From Mobula hypostoma (lineage: Eukaryota): a DNA stretch of 64,000 nucleotides. A program made the position numbers and the translations under genes. Positions 24,669 to 37,238 of this stretch are shown here, one piece after another. The notes beneath the pieces were generated by a model. The model did no database searches. It was given only the letters and a program-made list of their open reading frames with translations, and was not told the origin of the DNA. Numbering within the stretch: the stretch's first letter is position 1; every line of letters starts with the position of its first letter. The stretch covers positions 3,288,001 through 3,352,000 of the forward strand of contig NC_086101.1 of the NCBI RefSeq assembly GCF_963921235.1, given 5' to 3'.

Positions 24669-25814
24669 ATTCCATCATCAGTGGTGCGACTGGTTCCAAC
24701 AGCAGTTAATGAGGCTGTAAACCTTTAAACTCGATCGTCTTTAGGGCAAGGCGGAGGCGTCAACCTCAATAACAGCGAAGTTAATAATAAATGTATTTAT
24801 AGCAACACACATACACTTTGCATACAGGCGATGCAGTTCAGAGTGCTTTACAACGGGATAAAACGCAAATATGAAAATAAGCGATAAAAAGACGTTAGTG
24901 AAAAGCAAGGATAAATATATAGGGTTTGAGCTGGTGTTTAAAAGTGTGCATCCATATAGTTTTAGGCATTGACTTCCACAGTTCTAGAGCGTAGTTCAAA
25001 AAAAGCTGAGCTGCCAATTATCTTTTGAGGGAGATTGTTTAAATTTAGGAAGCCGGTGGAAGGAAGCCTTGACAGCAGAGCAGAATTATAGAACAAAAGC
25101 GATCCTGTGATGTTCCCAGATCATCCAGAGCTTAAAAAACAAGTAAAATCAATTCTAAAAGACACAGGAAGCCAATGCAAAGTAGTTAGGACGGGAGTGA
25201 TATGTTCCCTCATCCTGGTTTTGGTTAAAATCTAGCAGTTCTGTTCTGAACGAGTTGAAGTTTGCCAGTAGATTGAGTTAATGCCGCCCTGGAACTAATC
25301 ACCGCGCAGTATCTCTGTGGCGGAACTGGTTGATCGGGTTGTAATGTGAAACCTTTAAACTTGGTCATGCTCAGGGCGAGGTAAAGGCGTCTCTCTCAGT
25401 AACAGTGCAACCGGATTATTCATGTCACCGTGCACCGAGATAGAGAAAAGCCCGGCTTGCGTACTCTTCGTACAGCCGACGTTTCGGACCGGGACATCAT
25501 CTGGTTACCCTTCTCCATAGATGCTGCCTGGCCTGCTGAGTTCCTCCAGCACTTTTGGTGTGATGCTTGGATTTCCAGCTTCTGCAGATTTTCTCGGGTT
25601 CAGATCATTACCCAGTGTATTGACGCAAAACAACAACAGAATGCAGAATAGAGTAAAACCTTTGAAATCTCACGGACAAAACAACAAAATCACAGACAAC
25701 AGCTGAGGGGGGAGGGGGGGGCTCACATTTCCAGTGGTGAAGACTTTTCGTCCTATTGAAGCATATAAACCGCGCCCCCCCCCACACACACACACCTTTC
25801 CCTGTCTCCTCATC

Positions 25815-26500
25815 AACGTCTCTGTAAACCCCTTTAGTCCCTACACCCTTCCCGTCCCTGAAATCCTCTCCAATTTCTGTAAAACCCTCCAGATCCGATA
25901 CCCCTTCCCGTCTCTGTAAACCCCTCCAGACACTATACACCTCCCCGTCTCTGTAAACCCCTCCAGTCCCTACACACCTCCCCGTCTCTGTAAACCCCTC
26001 CAGTCTCTACACACCTCCCCATCTCTGTAAATCCCTCCAGTCCTTACACCCCTCCCCGTCTCTGTAAATCCCTTCAGTCCCCACACCTCCCCGTCTCTGT
26101 AAACCCCTTCAGTCCCCACACCTCCCCGTCTCTGTAAACCCCTTCAGTCCCCACATCTCCCCGTCTCTGTAAACCCCTTCAGTCCCCACACCTCCCCGTC
26201 TCTGTAAACCCCTTCAGTCCCCACACCTCCCCGTCTCTGTAAACCCCTTCAGTCCCCACACCTCCCCGTCTCTGTAAACCCCTTCAGTCCCCACACCTCC
26301 CCGTCTCTGTAAACCCCTTCAGTCCCCACACCTCCCCGTCTCTGTAAACCCCTTCAGTCCTTACACCCCTCCCCGTCTCTGTAAATCCCTTCAGTCCCCA
26401 CACCTCCCCGTCTCTGTAAACCCCTTCAGTCCCCACACCTCCCCGTCTCTGTAAACCCCTTCAGTCCCCACACCTCCCCGTCTCTGTAAAGCCCTCTAGT
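25815..26500. repeat. C-rich minisatellite, 35-37-bp unit, about 19 copies
   Basis: Unit CCTCCCCGTCTCTGTAAACCCCTTCAGTCCCCACA; central copies near-identical, 5' copies degenerate. Confidence 0.95.
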
Positions 26501-28920
26501 CATAAGACATAGGAGCAGAATTAGGCCATTCAGCCCATTCAGTCTGCTCCACTATTCTATCTCATCTGATCCTGGCTCCCACTCAACTCCATACATCTGC
26601 CTTCATGCCATATCCTTTGATGCCCTGAGCAATCAGGAAATTATCAATTTCTGCTTAAATTATATCCATGGACTTGGCCTCCACCACAGCTCTCTGTGGC
26701 AGAGCATTCCACAGATTCACTACTCTCTGGCAAAAAAAACCTCTCCTTACCTTTGTTCTGAAAGGTTGCCCCTTAGTTTCGAGTCTGTGCCCTCTGGTTC
26801 AGCCCCACCACTGGAAACATTCTCTCCACACCCACCCTATCTAATCCTTTCAACATAGTAGGTTTCAATGAGATCCCCATGCACTCTTCTAAATTCCAGT
26901 GAGTACAGGTCCAAGGCTGTCAAACATTCCTCATATATTAACCTGTTCATTTCTGGAATCATCCTCATGAACCTCCTCTGGACTCTCTCCAATGACAACA
27001 CAACTTTTCTGAGATATGGGGCACAAAACTGTGTTGACAATACTCCAAGTGCGGCCTGGCTAGTTTCTTATAAAGCCTCAGTATTATCTCCTTGATTTTA
27101 TATTTTATTCCCCTTGAAATAAATGTCAACATTGCATTTCCCTTCTTTACCACAGACTCAGCCAGTAAATTAATTAGTCTTGCACGAGGACTTCTAAGTC
27201 CCTCTGCATCTCTGATGTTTGAATTTTCTCCCCATTTAGAGAATAGCCTGCACTATTCCTTTTGTCAAAATGCATTATCATACATTTCCTAACACTGTAT
27301 TCCATCTGCCACTTATTTTGCCAAATCTTCTGATTTGTCCAAGTCCTGCTGCAATTAGATTACTTCCTCAACACTACCTACCCCTCCACCTATCTTTGTA
27401 TTATCCACAAACTCTACCACAAAGCCATCAATTCCATTATCTAAATCACTGACAAACAATGTGAAAAGTAGCAGTCCCAATACTGACTCTGGAGGAACAC
27501 CACTAGTCACTGGCAGACAACCAAAAACTGCCCCCTTTATTCCCACTCGCTGCCTCCTGTCTGTCAGCCATTCCCCTATCTATGTCAGCATCTTTCCAGT
27601 AATGCCAAAGAAGTAATCCTGGAAGAACTCCAACAGATTTTGTCAGGCAAGGTTTCCCTTTACAGAAGCCAAGCTGACTTTGACTTATTTTATAAACAAG
27701 AGAAAATCTGCAGTCTCCAAGTACCCTGAAACCTTGATAAAAGACTCCAACACTTTTCCAACTACTGAGGTTAGACTAACTGGGCTATAATTTCCTTTCT
27801 TTTGCTTCCTCCCTTCTTAAGGAGTGGAGTGATATTTGCAATCTTCCAGCCGGCCAGGACCATGCCAGAATCAAGTGATTCTTGAAAGATCATGACAATG
27901 CATCTGTTATCTCTTCAGCAACCTCTCCCAGAAGTCTGGGCTGTAGTCCATCTGGCCTGGGTGACCTTGATACCTTTGAGATTGCCTAAACCTTTTTCCT
28001 TTGTAATCGCAATGACACTCACTCCTGCTCCCTGACAGTCACAGATCTCTGGCACACTGCTAGTGTCTTCCATAGTGAAGACAGATGCAAAGTACCCATT
28101 AGGTTTATCTGGCATTTCTTTGTTCCCCATTACTACCTCTCCAGCATCATGTTCCAGTGGTCCAATATCAACTCTCAGCTCCCTTTTACACTTTATATAA
28201 CTGAAAAACTTCCAGCAGCCTGCTTTTTATTATTGGCTAGTTTCCCCTCATATTTCATCTTTTCCCTTGTTAGAGCTTTTTAGTGGCCTTTTGTTGGATT
28301 TTAAAAGCTTTCCAATCATCCAACTTCCCACTCACTTTTGCTACCTTGTGTGCCCCTTCCTTGGGTTTTATACAGTCCTTAACTTGAATTGAATTGACTT
28401 CATTACTTACATCTTTCATATACATGAGGAGTAAACATCTTCACTTATTACAGTTGTCTACCCCTGCCATTTGAGAACAACTTCTTCTGTGGGACATATC
28501 TACCCTGTACCTTATGAACTATTCTCAGAAACTTCAGCCATCTCTGCTCTGCCATCATCCCTGCCAGTATCCCCCTCCAATCCACCTGGGCAAGCTCCTC
28601 TCTCGTGCCTCTGTAATTCCTTTTATTCCATTCTGATACTGATACATGTGACTGATGCTTCTCCCTCTCAAATTGCAGTATGAATTCAATCATATTATGA
28701 TCACTTTCTCCTAAGGGTTCCTTTACTTTAAACTAATAAGATCTGGGTTATTACACAACATCCAATCTAAAATAGTCTTTCCGCTAGTGTGCTCAAGCTG
28801 CTCTAAAAAGCCATCTCCTAGACACTCAACAAATTCCCTCTTGCAAAATGAGACCAGCCTGATTTTCCCAATCCCCTTCGCATATTGAAGTTCCCCCATT
28901 ACAATCGTGACATTACCCAT
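26501..28920 (-). mobile_element. Degraded CR1 LINE ORF2
   Basis: Successive CR1 peptide fragments (ORFs 26837-28920) with many frameshifts. Confidence 0.85.
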
Positions 28921-28924
28921 TGAA

Positions 28925-29470
28925 ATCTCTTTGACCCCCCCTCTGTCTCAGTAATTCCCTCTGGTATCTCCAACCCTCCCCATCTCTTTTTAACCCCCCC
29001 CCTCCACTGGCCCCATACACCCCTCTGTTTCTGTGATCCATTCTGACCCTCACACCTTTCCCCATCTCTGTAACACCTTCTGTATATCCCTCCCCATCTC
29101 AGCATCTCAGTAACCCCCTGCTGCTCTGACACCCCTCCCAGGTCCTGTGACCCTCCGGTCCTTACACCCCTCTCCATCTTCCGGCCGCTACATCCATCCC
29201 GATCTCTGTAAATCCCTCCTGCCTCAAAGCCCCTCCCAGTCTCTGTGACCCCCTCTGGCTCCTACACTCTCCCTCTTTGACCCCCCTCTGACCCCTACAC
29301 CTTTCTCCGTCTCTATGACCCCCTCAGGACCCTACACCCCTCCCTGTCTGTGTGACACCCTCTGGACTCTACACCCCTCCCGATCTCTGTGACCCCCTCC
29401 ATTCCCACACCCCTCCCCGTCTCTGTGACCCCCTCCATTTCCACAGCCCTCGCCGTCTTTGTGTCTCCCC
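28925..29470. repeat. Degenerate C-rich minisatellite related to 25815-26500
   Basis: Recurring CCCCGTCTCTGTGACCCCCTC...CCTACACCCC variants. Confidence 0.7.
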
Positions 29471-30235
29471 CCCCCCGCCCACCCCGGTCCGCGCTGTCCT
29501 CCCCACCAGCATTTTAATTACTCACTCCATCCGCAGTCGCCCAGGCCCCAACCCCCCGTTATTTCCCCTCTGCCTCGACTCCGGCCCGGGCAATCCCCTA
29601 GCGTGCAGCCGCGTCCCGGAATGTGGCCGATCCTGTCGGGAAACGTTCCAGTGAGGCCTGCCGCCTCGGGGGAGGGAGGAACCAGTCGGGGTGATGCGCC
29701 GGGAGCCGGTGTAACTGGCCTGGCGCCTCGGGAGGTGGGCGGGACGGTGCAAACTGCGGTTCGGCCGGCGATGGAGTCAGATCTGTTCGCCCAGGAGCTG
29801 GTCTGCGCCATCTGCCTGGAGCTTTTCACCGACCCGGTCACGCTGCGGTGCGGCCACACGTTCTGCCGGCTCTGCGTCACCCGGTGCTGGGGCGATCGGC
29901 GCTCCAGCTCCTGCCCCGTGTGCCGGCGGGCGGTCCCAGCCAGGGACCTGCGGGGCAGCCGGGCGCTGCGGAACCTGGCGGAGAGAGCCCGCGACTCGGA
30001 CCGGAGGGCCGGCGGGTGCGCGGGGACGGGGCGGCCGCTGGACATCGACAGCCCGGGGCGCAGGCGGCCGTGTGCCGTGTGCGCAGCGGATCCGGAACAG
30101 AGGGCGCCTGGGCCGGGCCCCCGGAGCCAGCAGCAGGAGGTAAGGGGTGGTGCGGGCTCCCGGTACCGTGCCTGTCGGCTCGTTCTCGGATTTGACCCGG
30201 TACCGGGATAGGTCCTAGCATCTGGGCCGGTGACA
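29450..30235. promoter_or_regulatory. CpG island over the TRIM promoter and exon 1
   Basis: Abrupt CpG/GC enrichment with GC-box-like GGGCGGG; ATG in context GCGATGG. Confidence 0.8.
29771..30139 (+). CDS. TRIM E3 ligase (TRIM69/TRIM62/NF7/A33-like) exon 1: RING plus degenerate B-box
   Basis: [18 protein letters not shown]3HC4 RING; GTaagg donor at 30140; 369 nt. Confidence 0.93.
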
Positions 30236-31071
30236 TTTATTCATATGCAATCCTGAGATCCCATTTTCTTGCGGGCATTCACAGTTAATACAAATAAACA
30301 CCATATGATCCACGAGAGACCGTTCCCAAGACAGACAAATACAAATTTTTTAAAAAAATATTAATAATAATTAAGCAATAAATATCGAGAACATAATGAG
30401 CCCATGGGTTGTGGGAACAGTTCAGTGATGGAGCGAGTGAAGTTACCCTCTCTGGTTCAAGAGCCTGATAGGTGAGGGGTAATATCTGATTGGGGGGGGT
30501 CGTCACAGAGATGGGGAGGGCTGGAGAGGGGTTACTGAGACAGGGTTGGACGAGCCGGTGAGCTTAATGCAGTGGGGGAGGGTTGTAGGAGTGGACGAGG
30601 GTCAGCAAGACAGGGAATGGTGTAGGGAAGTCACAGCGGCGGGAAGGGGTGTTAGGGCCGGGTGGGGGGGGTATGGGTCAAGAGACGGGGAGAGGTGTAG
30701 GGGCCGAGGGTGTCACAGAGACTGGGGGTGGGACCTGTAGCTCCGGCTAGCAGCAGCAAGGAGAGAGCGTGGCCTGGGACCCGGCATGGTCTCGTCCCGG
30801 GGTAAATCCCAGCAGCCGGTAGATGACAGCATCCGAGTCGGCGCCGGATCCGCTGTCTCGGTACTCGCGGTGTGGTGCCGGTACCAGGGTCGTTCCCGGG
30901 TCTCCGATGCCCGCATCCGGCTCACTTGACCAAAAATACACGCCACGCGGAAGATAGTTACAAAGCCACGCAGCACAGAAACAGGCCATTCATCCCGTCT
31001 CGTCCACACCAACCCGGAACACTGATCACGTGCCCGCATTCGCTACATACCCTGAAGTCTCGAGCTAAATG

Positions 31072-31320
31072 TTGGCGCGTGGCCAAGTGGTTAAGGCGTC
31101 GGTCTAGTGATCTGAAGGTCGCTAGTTCGAGCCTCAGCTGAGGCAGCGTGTTGTGTCCTTGAGCAAGGCACTTAACCACACATTGCTCTGCGACGACACT
31201 GGTGCCAAGCTGTATGGGTCCTAATGCCCTTCCCTTGGACAACATCAGTGGCGTGGAGAGGGTGTTCCATACAACCTTCCAAGGAGTAAATCCATGCTCT
31301 CATGAGACTTACGGATGCCT
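31072..31320 (+). mobile_element. tRNA-derived SINE, copy 2 (internally deleted)
   Basis: Same A/B boxes and body as 20840-21142. Confidence 0.88.
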
Positions 31321-31749
31321 GAAAAAAATGGGTGTTTACCCTCTACCCTCTACTAAAGGAGGTCCTTCCCTCCGCTAGCCTACAATCCCCAATCAGCCGG
31401 TGGTGGATGGTCGTATGAGCAGCCGGTCCATTTCACGTCCTGGTTATGCGACCACTGACACCAGGCAGACAATCTCCGAAGAGTATTGATAATAAGTATT
31501 CAGTACAAAAATGAATAATCATGCACATAATGAACGAACCATCTGAATGCCTTCTGAGGAGAGGGAGCTCGGGCTTTTCTCTCTGGAGTGAAGGAGGATG
31601 AGAAGTGACTTGATAGAGGTGCACAAGATTACAGGCATAGATAGAGTGGACAGACAAAATGTAAATGGCTAATATAAGAGGGCATAATTTGAAGTGCTTG
31701 GAGGAAAATATAAGGGAGATGTCAGGGATAAGTTTTTTTTTACACAGAG

Positions 31750-32095
31750 TGATGGGTATCGATCATGTGGATAGTCAGAGGCTTTTCCCCAGGGCTGAAA
31801 TGGCTAGCACGAGAGGGCATAGTTTTAAGGTGCTTGGAAGTAGGTACAGAGGAGATGTCAGGGGTAAGTTTTTTACACAGAGAGAGGTGAGTGCATGGAA
31901 TGGGCTGCTGGTGGCAGTGGTGGAGGCGGAAACAATAGGGTTTTTTAAGAGACTCCTGGATGTCTACATGGAGCTTAAAAAAATAGAGGGCTATGGGTAA
32001 AACCTAGGTCCTTCTAAGCTAGGGACAATTTCGGCACAGTTTTGTGGGCCGAAGGGCCTGTATTGTGCTGTATGTTTTCTATGTTTCTATGTTTA
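31750..32095 (+). mobile_element. Short 5'-truncated CR1 3' end
   Basis: DSQRLFP..TRGHSFKV..FFTQR..WNGL; TTCTATGT tail. Confidence 0.8.
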
Positions 32096-33235
32096 CATAT
32101 TGTGTCAGGAAACCTTCCTGAAAACACCTAACAAACCCCACCCCATCTAAACCCCTTGCTCTAGGGAGATGCCAATCAATATTTTGGGAAATTAAAATCT
32201 CCCATCACAACAATCTGTTACTATTGCACCGTTCCAGAATCGGTCTCCCTATCTGCTCCTCGATGTCCCTGTTACTATTGGGTGGTCTATAAAAACACCC
32301 AGTAGAGTTATTGACCCCTTCCTGAGACTCCGTAGACAATCCCTCCATGTCTTCCTCCTTTTCTGCAGCCGTGACACTATCTTTGATCAGCAGTACCACG
32401 CCCCCACCTCTTTTGCCTCCCTCTCTGTCAACTTTTTGAAACATCTAAAGCCTGGCACTCAAAGTAACCACTCCTGCCCCTGAGCCATCCAAGTCTCTGT
32501 AATGGCCACAGCTTCATAGCTCCAAGTACTGATCCACACTCTAAGCTCATCGGCTTTGTTCATGATACTCCTTGCATTAGGCTGAGCTGGCATTAGGCAG
32601 CAGGCTGATGGTGGCAGACACCAACAGAATCAACAAACTCATTCATAAGGCCAGAGATGTTGTGGGGATGGAACTGGACTCTCTCACGGTGGTGTCTGAA
32701 AAGAGGATGCTGTCCAAGTTGCATGCCATCTTGGACAATGTCTCCCATCCACTACATAATGTACTGGGTGGGCACAGGAGTACATTCAGCCAGAGACTCA
32801 TTCCACCGAGATACAACACTGAGCGTCATAGGAAGTCATTCCTGCCTGTGGCCATCAAACTTTACAACTCCTCCCTTGGAGGGTCAGACACCCTGAGCCA
32901 ATAGGCTGGTCCTGGACTTATTTCCTGGCATAATTTACATATTACTATTTAATTATATATGGTGCAACTGTAACGAAAACCAATTTCCCTTGGGATCAAT
33001 AAAGTATGACTATGACTATGACTATTAAAATAGACACACTTCAAACTGTCAGTCTGAGCGCATCTCTTCTCAATCACCTGCTTACCCTCCCTCTCAGACT
33101 GCCTACAAGCTTTCTCTATTTTTGAGCCAACTGCCCCTTCCTCCGTCTCTTCAGTTTGGTTCCCATCCCCCAGGAATTCTAGTTTAAACTCTCCCAAATA
33201 GTGTTAGCAAACCTCCCTGCCAGGATACAGGTAAT
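32096..33235 (-). mobile_element. CR1 ORF1/ORF2 junction fragment, split by a Rex1-like insert
   Basis: Homologous to 4257-4810; resumes after the insert at 33024. Confidence 0.8.
32580..33023 (+). mobile_element. Rex1/Babar-like LINE 3' fragment with (TATGAC)n tail
   Basis: ILDNVSHPLH..RKSFLPVAIKLYNSS; ATTA duplicated at 32576-32579 and 33024-33027; near-identical copy at 57760. Confidence 0.85.
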
Positions 33236-34600
33236 TGGTCCCCCTCAGATAGATTCATTGAAGCTGCTCTGTCATCCTATCATCGTTCAAATGGCCTGTA
33301 CTGTTCTACATTCTACGCCTTAAACACTGTGATTGTTACCTGGTCCCACCAACACCTCTGGCAGCAAGTTCCAACGTCAACTACAGGGCTATAAAACACA
33401 GGTACAGAATCAGGCCACTTGGCCCATCGAGGCTGCTCTGTCCATCTATCATGGCTGATTTACTATCCCTCTCAACCCCAACTCTCCTGCCTTCTCCCCA
33501 TTACCTTTGACGTGCTGACTAATCAAGAACCTATAAACTTCCACTTTATGTACACCCAATGACTTGGCCTCCACAGCCATCAGTGCAAATGAATTTCACA
33601 AAACAACAAATTTCATGACGTATGTCAGTGACAATAAACCTGATTGTTGTTTTTCATATTTCCAGTAGCTGAAGTGCTTTAATTTTCAGTAGGCAAGGCA
33701 AATCTGTCCTCCCCCCTTATTCAATTCCCTACTCTCTCCTCATTCCTCACCCGACTATCTGGTGCTCCTCTTTCTTCCCTTTCTCCCACGGTCCACTCTC
33801 CTCTCCTATCAGAGTCCTTCTTCTCCAGCCCTTAACCTTTTCCACCTTTCACCTCCCAGCTCCCCACTTCATCCCTCCCTCCCTCACCCACCCACCTTTC
33901 CCCTCACCTGGTCTCTCACCTTTCACCTGTAGCCTGTACTCCTCTCCCCTCTCCCTCCCCCATCTCCCTATTCTGGTTCCCCCCCTTCATTTCCCGTCCC
34001 GATGAAGGGTGTCAGCCTGAAACATCGAGTATTTATTCCTCTCCATGCAGCCTGACCCGCTGTTCCCCCAGCAATTTGTGTGTGTTGCTTTACAGTATTG
34101 CATACAATTCTGATCAACCACTGTAGGAAGGATATTGAGGCTTTGGAGAGGGTGCAGAAGTGGTTTACCAGGATGCTGTCTGGTTTTGAGGGCATGTGCT
34201 ATCATGAGAGGCAGGATAAGTTTTTTTAAATATATGAAGAGTAAAAGAGTGACATGGGTCGATATAGGACCGATTGAAAATGATGCTGGAGAAATTATAA
34301 TGGGTAACAAAGAGATGGCAGAGGAACTAAATGAGTATTTTGCATCAGTCTTCACAGTGGAAGACAGTAGCAACATACCTGATAGCCAGAGGTCTCAGGG
34401 AATAGAATTAGGTACAGTCAAGATTACTGGAGAGAAAGTGCTTGGGAAGCTAAAGGGACTAAGAATAGATAAGTCTCCCGAACCGGATGAGGTGCACCCA
34501 TGGGTTCTGAAGGAGGTGGCTTTGGAGATTGTGGAGGTATTGGAAATGATCTTCCAGGAATCAATAGACTCTGGCATGGTTCAGGTGGATTGGAAGGTCA

Positions 34601-34702
34601 GTTAGTCCTGACGAAGGGTCTCGGCCTGAAACGTCGACTGCGCCTCTTCCTATAGATGCTGCTTGGCCTGCTGCGTTCACCAGCAACTTTGATGTATGTT
34701 GC
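34601..34702 (+). mobile_element. 102-bp Penelope-derived insertion with 11-bp TSD
   Basis: TTGGAAGGTCA at 34590-34600 and 34703-34713; nearly identical to the reverse complement of 50340-50438. Confidence 0.88.
34604..34639 (+). ncRNA. Minimal type I hammerhead ribozyme motif
   Basis: AGTC-CTGACGA-AGGGTCTCGGCCT-GAAA-CGTC^GACT: stem I AGTC/GACT, CUGANGA and GAAA cores, palindromic ACGT stem III, GUC cleavage triplet. Confidence 0.78.
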
Positions 34703-36825
34703 TTGGAAGGTCACAAATGTAGTTCCGCTGTTTAAGAAAGGAGGGAGGCAGCAAAAAGAAAATTACAGACCTATTCGTCTGACATCGGTTGTTGGAAAGT
34801 TATTGGAGTCGATCCTTAAGGACGATGTTATGAAATACCTCGAGGTGCATGACAAGATAGGGCCAAGCCAGCATGGTTTCATGAAGGGAAGATCCTGCCT
34901 CACCAGCCTATTGGAATTTTTTGAGGTAATCGCAAATAAGATTGATAAGGGAGAGGCTGTGGATGTTGTGTATTTGGATTTTCAAAAGGCCTTCGATAAG
35001 GTGCCGCATATGAGGCTGCTTAATAAGATGAGAGCCCATGGAATTATAGGAAAGATATTGGAATGGGTGGAGCATCGGCTGATAGGCAGAAAGCAAAGGG
35101 TGGGAATAAAGGGATCCTATTCTGATTGGTTGCCGGTTACTAGTGGTGTTCCGCAGGGGTCGGTGTTGGGGCCGCTTCTTTTCACGATGTATATCGATGA
35201 TTTGGATTATGGATTAAATGGTTTTGTGGCCAAGTTTGCAGATGACACCAAGATAGGTGGAGGAGCAGGAAATGTTGAAGAAACGGAAAGGTTGCAGAGA
35301 CTTGGTCGGTTCAGGAGAGTGGGCAAAGAAATAGCAGATGAGATACAATGTTGACAAATGTACGGTTGTACATTTCGGAAGAAGAAATAATCGGGCAGAT
35401 TATTATTTAGATGGGGAGACAATTCAAAAATTGGAAGTGCAAAGGGACTTGGGGGTCCTCGTGCAGGATACCCTAAAGGTTAACCACCAGGTTGGATTGG
35501 CAGTAAGGAAAGCAAATGCTATGTTGGCATTCATTTCAAGAGGAATAGTGTATAAGAGTAAGGAGGTGTTGATGAGGCTCTATGGGGCACTGCTGAGACC
35601 TCATTTGGAATACTGTGTGCAGTTTTGGGCCCGCTATCCTAGAAAGGATGTTCTGATGTTGGAGAGAGTTCAGAGAAGATTTATGAGAATGATTCCTGGA
35701 ATGCAGGGGCTAACATACGAGGAGCGTTTGTCAGCTCTTGGATTGTATTCATTAGAGTATAGAAGAATGAGAGGGGATCTCATAGAAACATTTCGAATGT
35801 TGAAAGGGTTGGACAGAGTAGATGTGGAAAGGCTGTTTCCCTTGGTGGGTGAGTCCAGGACAAGAGGCCACAGTCTTATAATTAGAAGGTACCCATTTAA
35901 AACAGAGATGAGGAGAAATTTTTTTAGCCAGAGGGTCGTGGATTTATGGAATTCGTTGCCACATACAGCTGTGGAGGCCCGATCATTGAAGGTGTTTAAG
36001 GAGGAGATTGATAGGTATCTAATTAGTCAGGGTATCAAGGGATATGGGGAAAAAGCCGGAAATTGGAACTATATGGGAGAATAGTTTAGCTCATGGTGGA
36101 GCTGTGGAGCAGACTCGATGGGCCGAATGGCCTACTTCTGCTCCTTTGTCTTGAGATCTTGTGATAAACTTGGGCTGTTGGTCAAACAGTGGCGGAGGCT
36201 GAGGGGAATTTGATAGAAGTTTATAAGATGATGGGAGGCATAGATGGAGGAGACAGGGATATCTTGCTCACCAGAGGGTGAGAGGGGTAGGTTTGAAGGG
36301 GATGTGAGGGGTAGGTTTTTTTACTCAGAGAGTGGTGGATGCCTGGAATGTGCTGCCTGGTATGATGGTAAAGGCAAATATATCAGAGGCTTTTAAGAGA
36401 CATCTAGATAGGCACATGGACGTAACGAAGATGGAGGGATACGGACATTGAGTAGGTCGGAGGGATTAGTTTTTGTTTACTTTTTAGCTGTTGGGCACAA
36501 CATTGTGGGCCGCATGACCTGTTCCTGTGCTGGACTGTTCCTCGTTCCTCACTGGCAGCGGTGCGAATCTTGTGAGAGTTGTTCTGACTTTCCAGCAGCC
36601 GCAGGATCTCAGAATCAGATTTAGTATCATTGGCTCACGTGGTGAAATTTGTTGTTATGTGGTGGCAGTACATTGCAATTCGTAATAGTAAAACCGAATT
36701 ACAGTAAATGTATATCAAAAAGCTAAATTAAATACGGAGTGTAAAAAGAGAACAAAGAGCAGTGAGGTAGTGTTCAGGGATTCAATCTCTTGTGATTGCA
36801 AATATTCCATGATTTTGTCCACCAG

Positions 36826-36921
36826 GGCACTCTTGCCTCGGCCATCTATTCCCTAAAGAAGGCACGAGCTGCCAGCCTGGAGAGTATAAAGGAGCAGGAG
36901 CAGAACATCTCGAAAGTTAAA
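36826..36921 (+). CDS. TRIM exon 2 (coiled coil; GTLASAIY...NISKVK)
   Basis: accAG acceptor, GTaagt donor; 96-nt phase 0-0 exon, a size typical of TRIM-B30.2 genes. Confidence 0.9.
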
Positions 36922-37238
36922 GTAAGTTTCTGACTTTTACTGGGAAGGAAGCGTTACTACTATCCTGCTTCCTCTAACGGATATGGAGAGTATTACCTGG
37001 GAAATTATTGTCACATTTACTGTGTACGGTGAAAAACTGTGCTGCCCATACAGAAGAGGTTTGGATAGGCACTTGGATGATAGAAAAATGGAGGGTTACG
37101 TGGGAGGGAAGGGTTAGATTGATCTTGGTGTAGGTTAAAAGGTCAGCACAACATTGTGGGCTGAAGGGCCTGTACTGTGCTGTACAGTTTATGGTCTACA
37201 TTAATCTCACTTAATCGTTAGACCTGTGGTTTCTAGTA

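Larger units (their letters stand above)
34215..36165 (+). mobile_element. CR1 LINE 3' ~2 kb, in TRIM intron 1
   Basis: ORFs 34135-34605, 34656-35354 and 35338-36084 give continuous CR1 ORF2 motifs. Confidence 0.92.

Noticed and set aside
25815..26500. 35-bp repeats as a CRISPR array
   Set aside because: Units are head-to-tail with no unique spacers, there are no cas genes, and the DNA is eukaryotic.
29459..29770. N-terminal extension of the TRIM ORF in the ORF track
   Set aside because: Non-ATG start in GC-rich promoter DNA; ATG 29771 has good context and the usual spacing before the RING.
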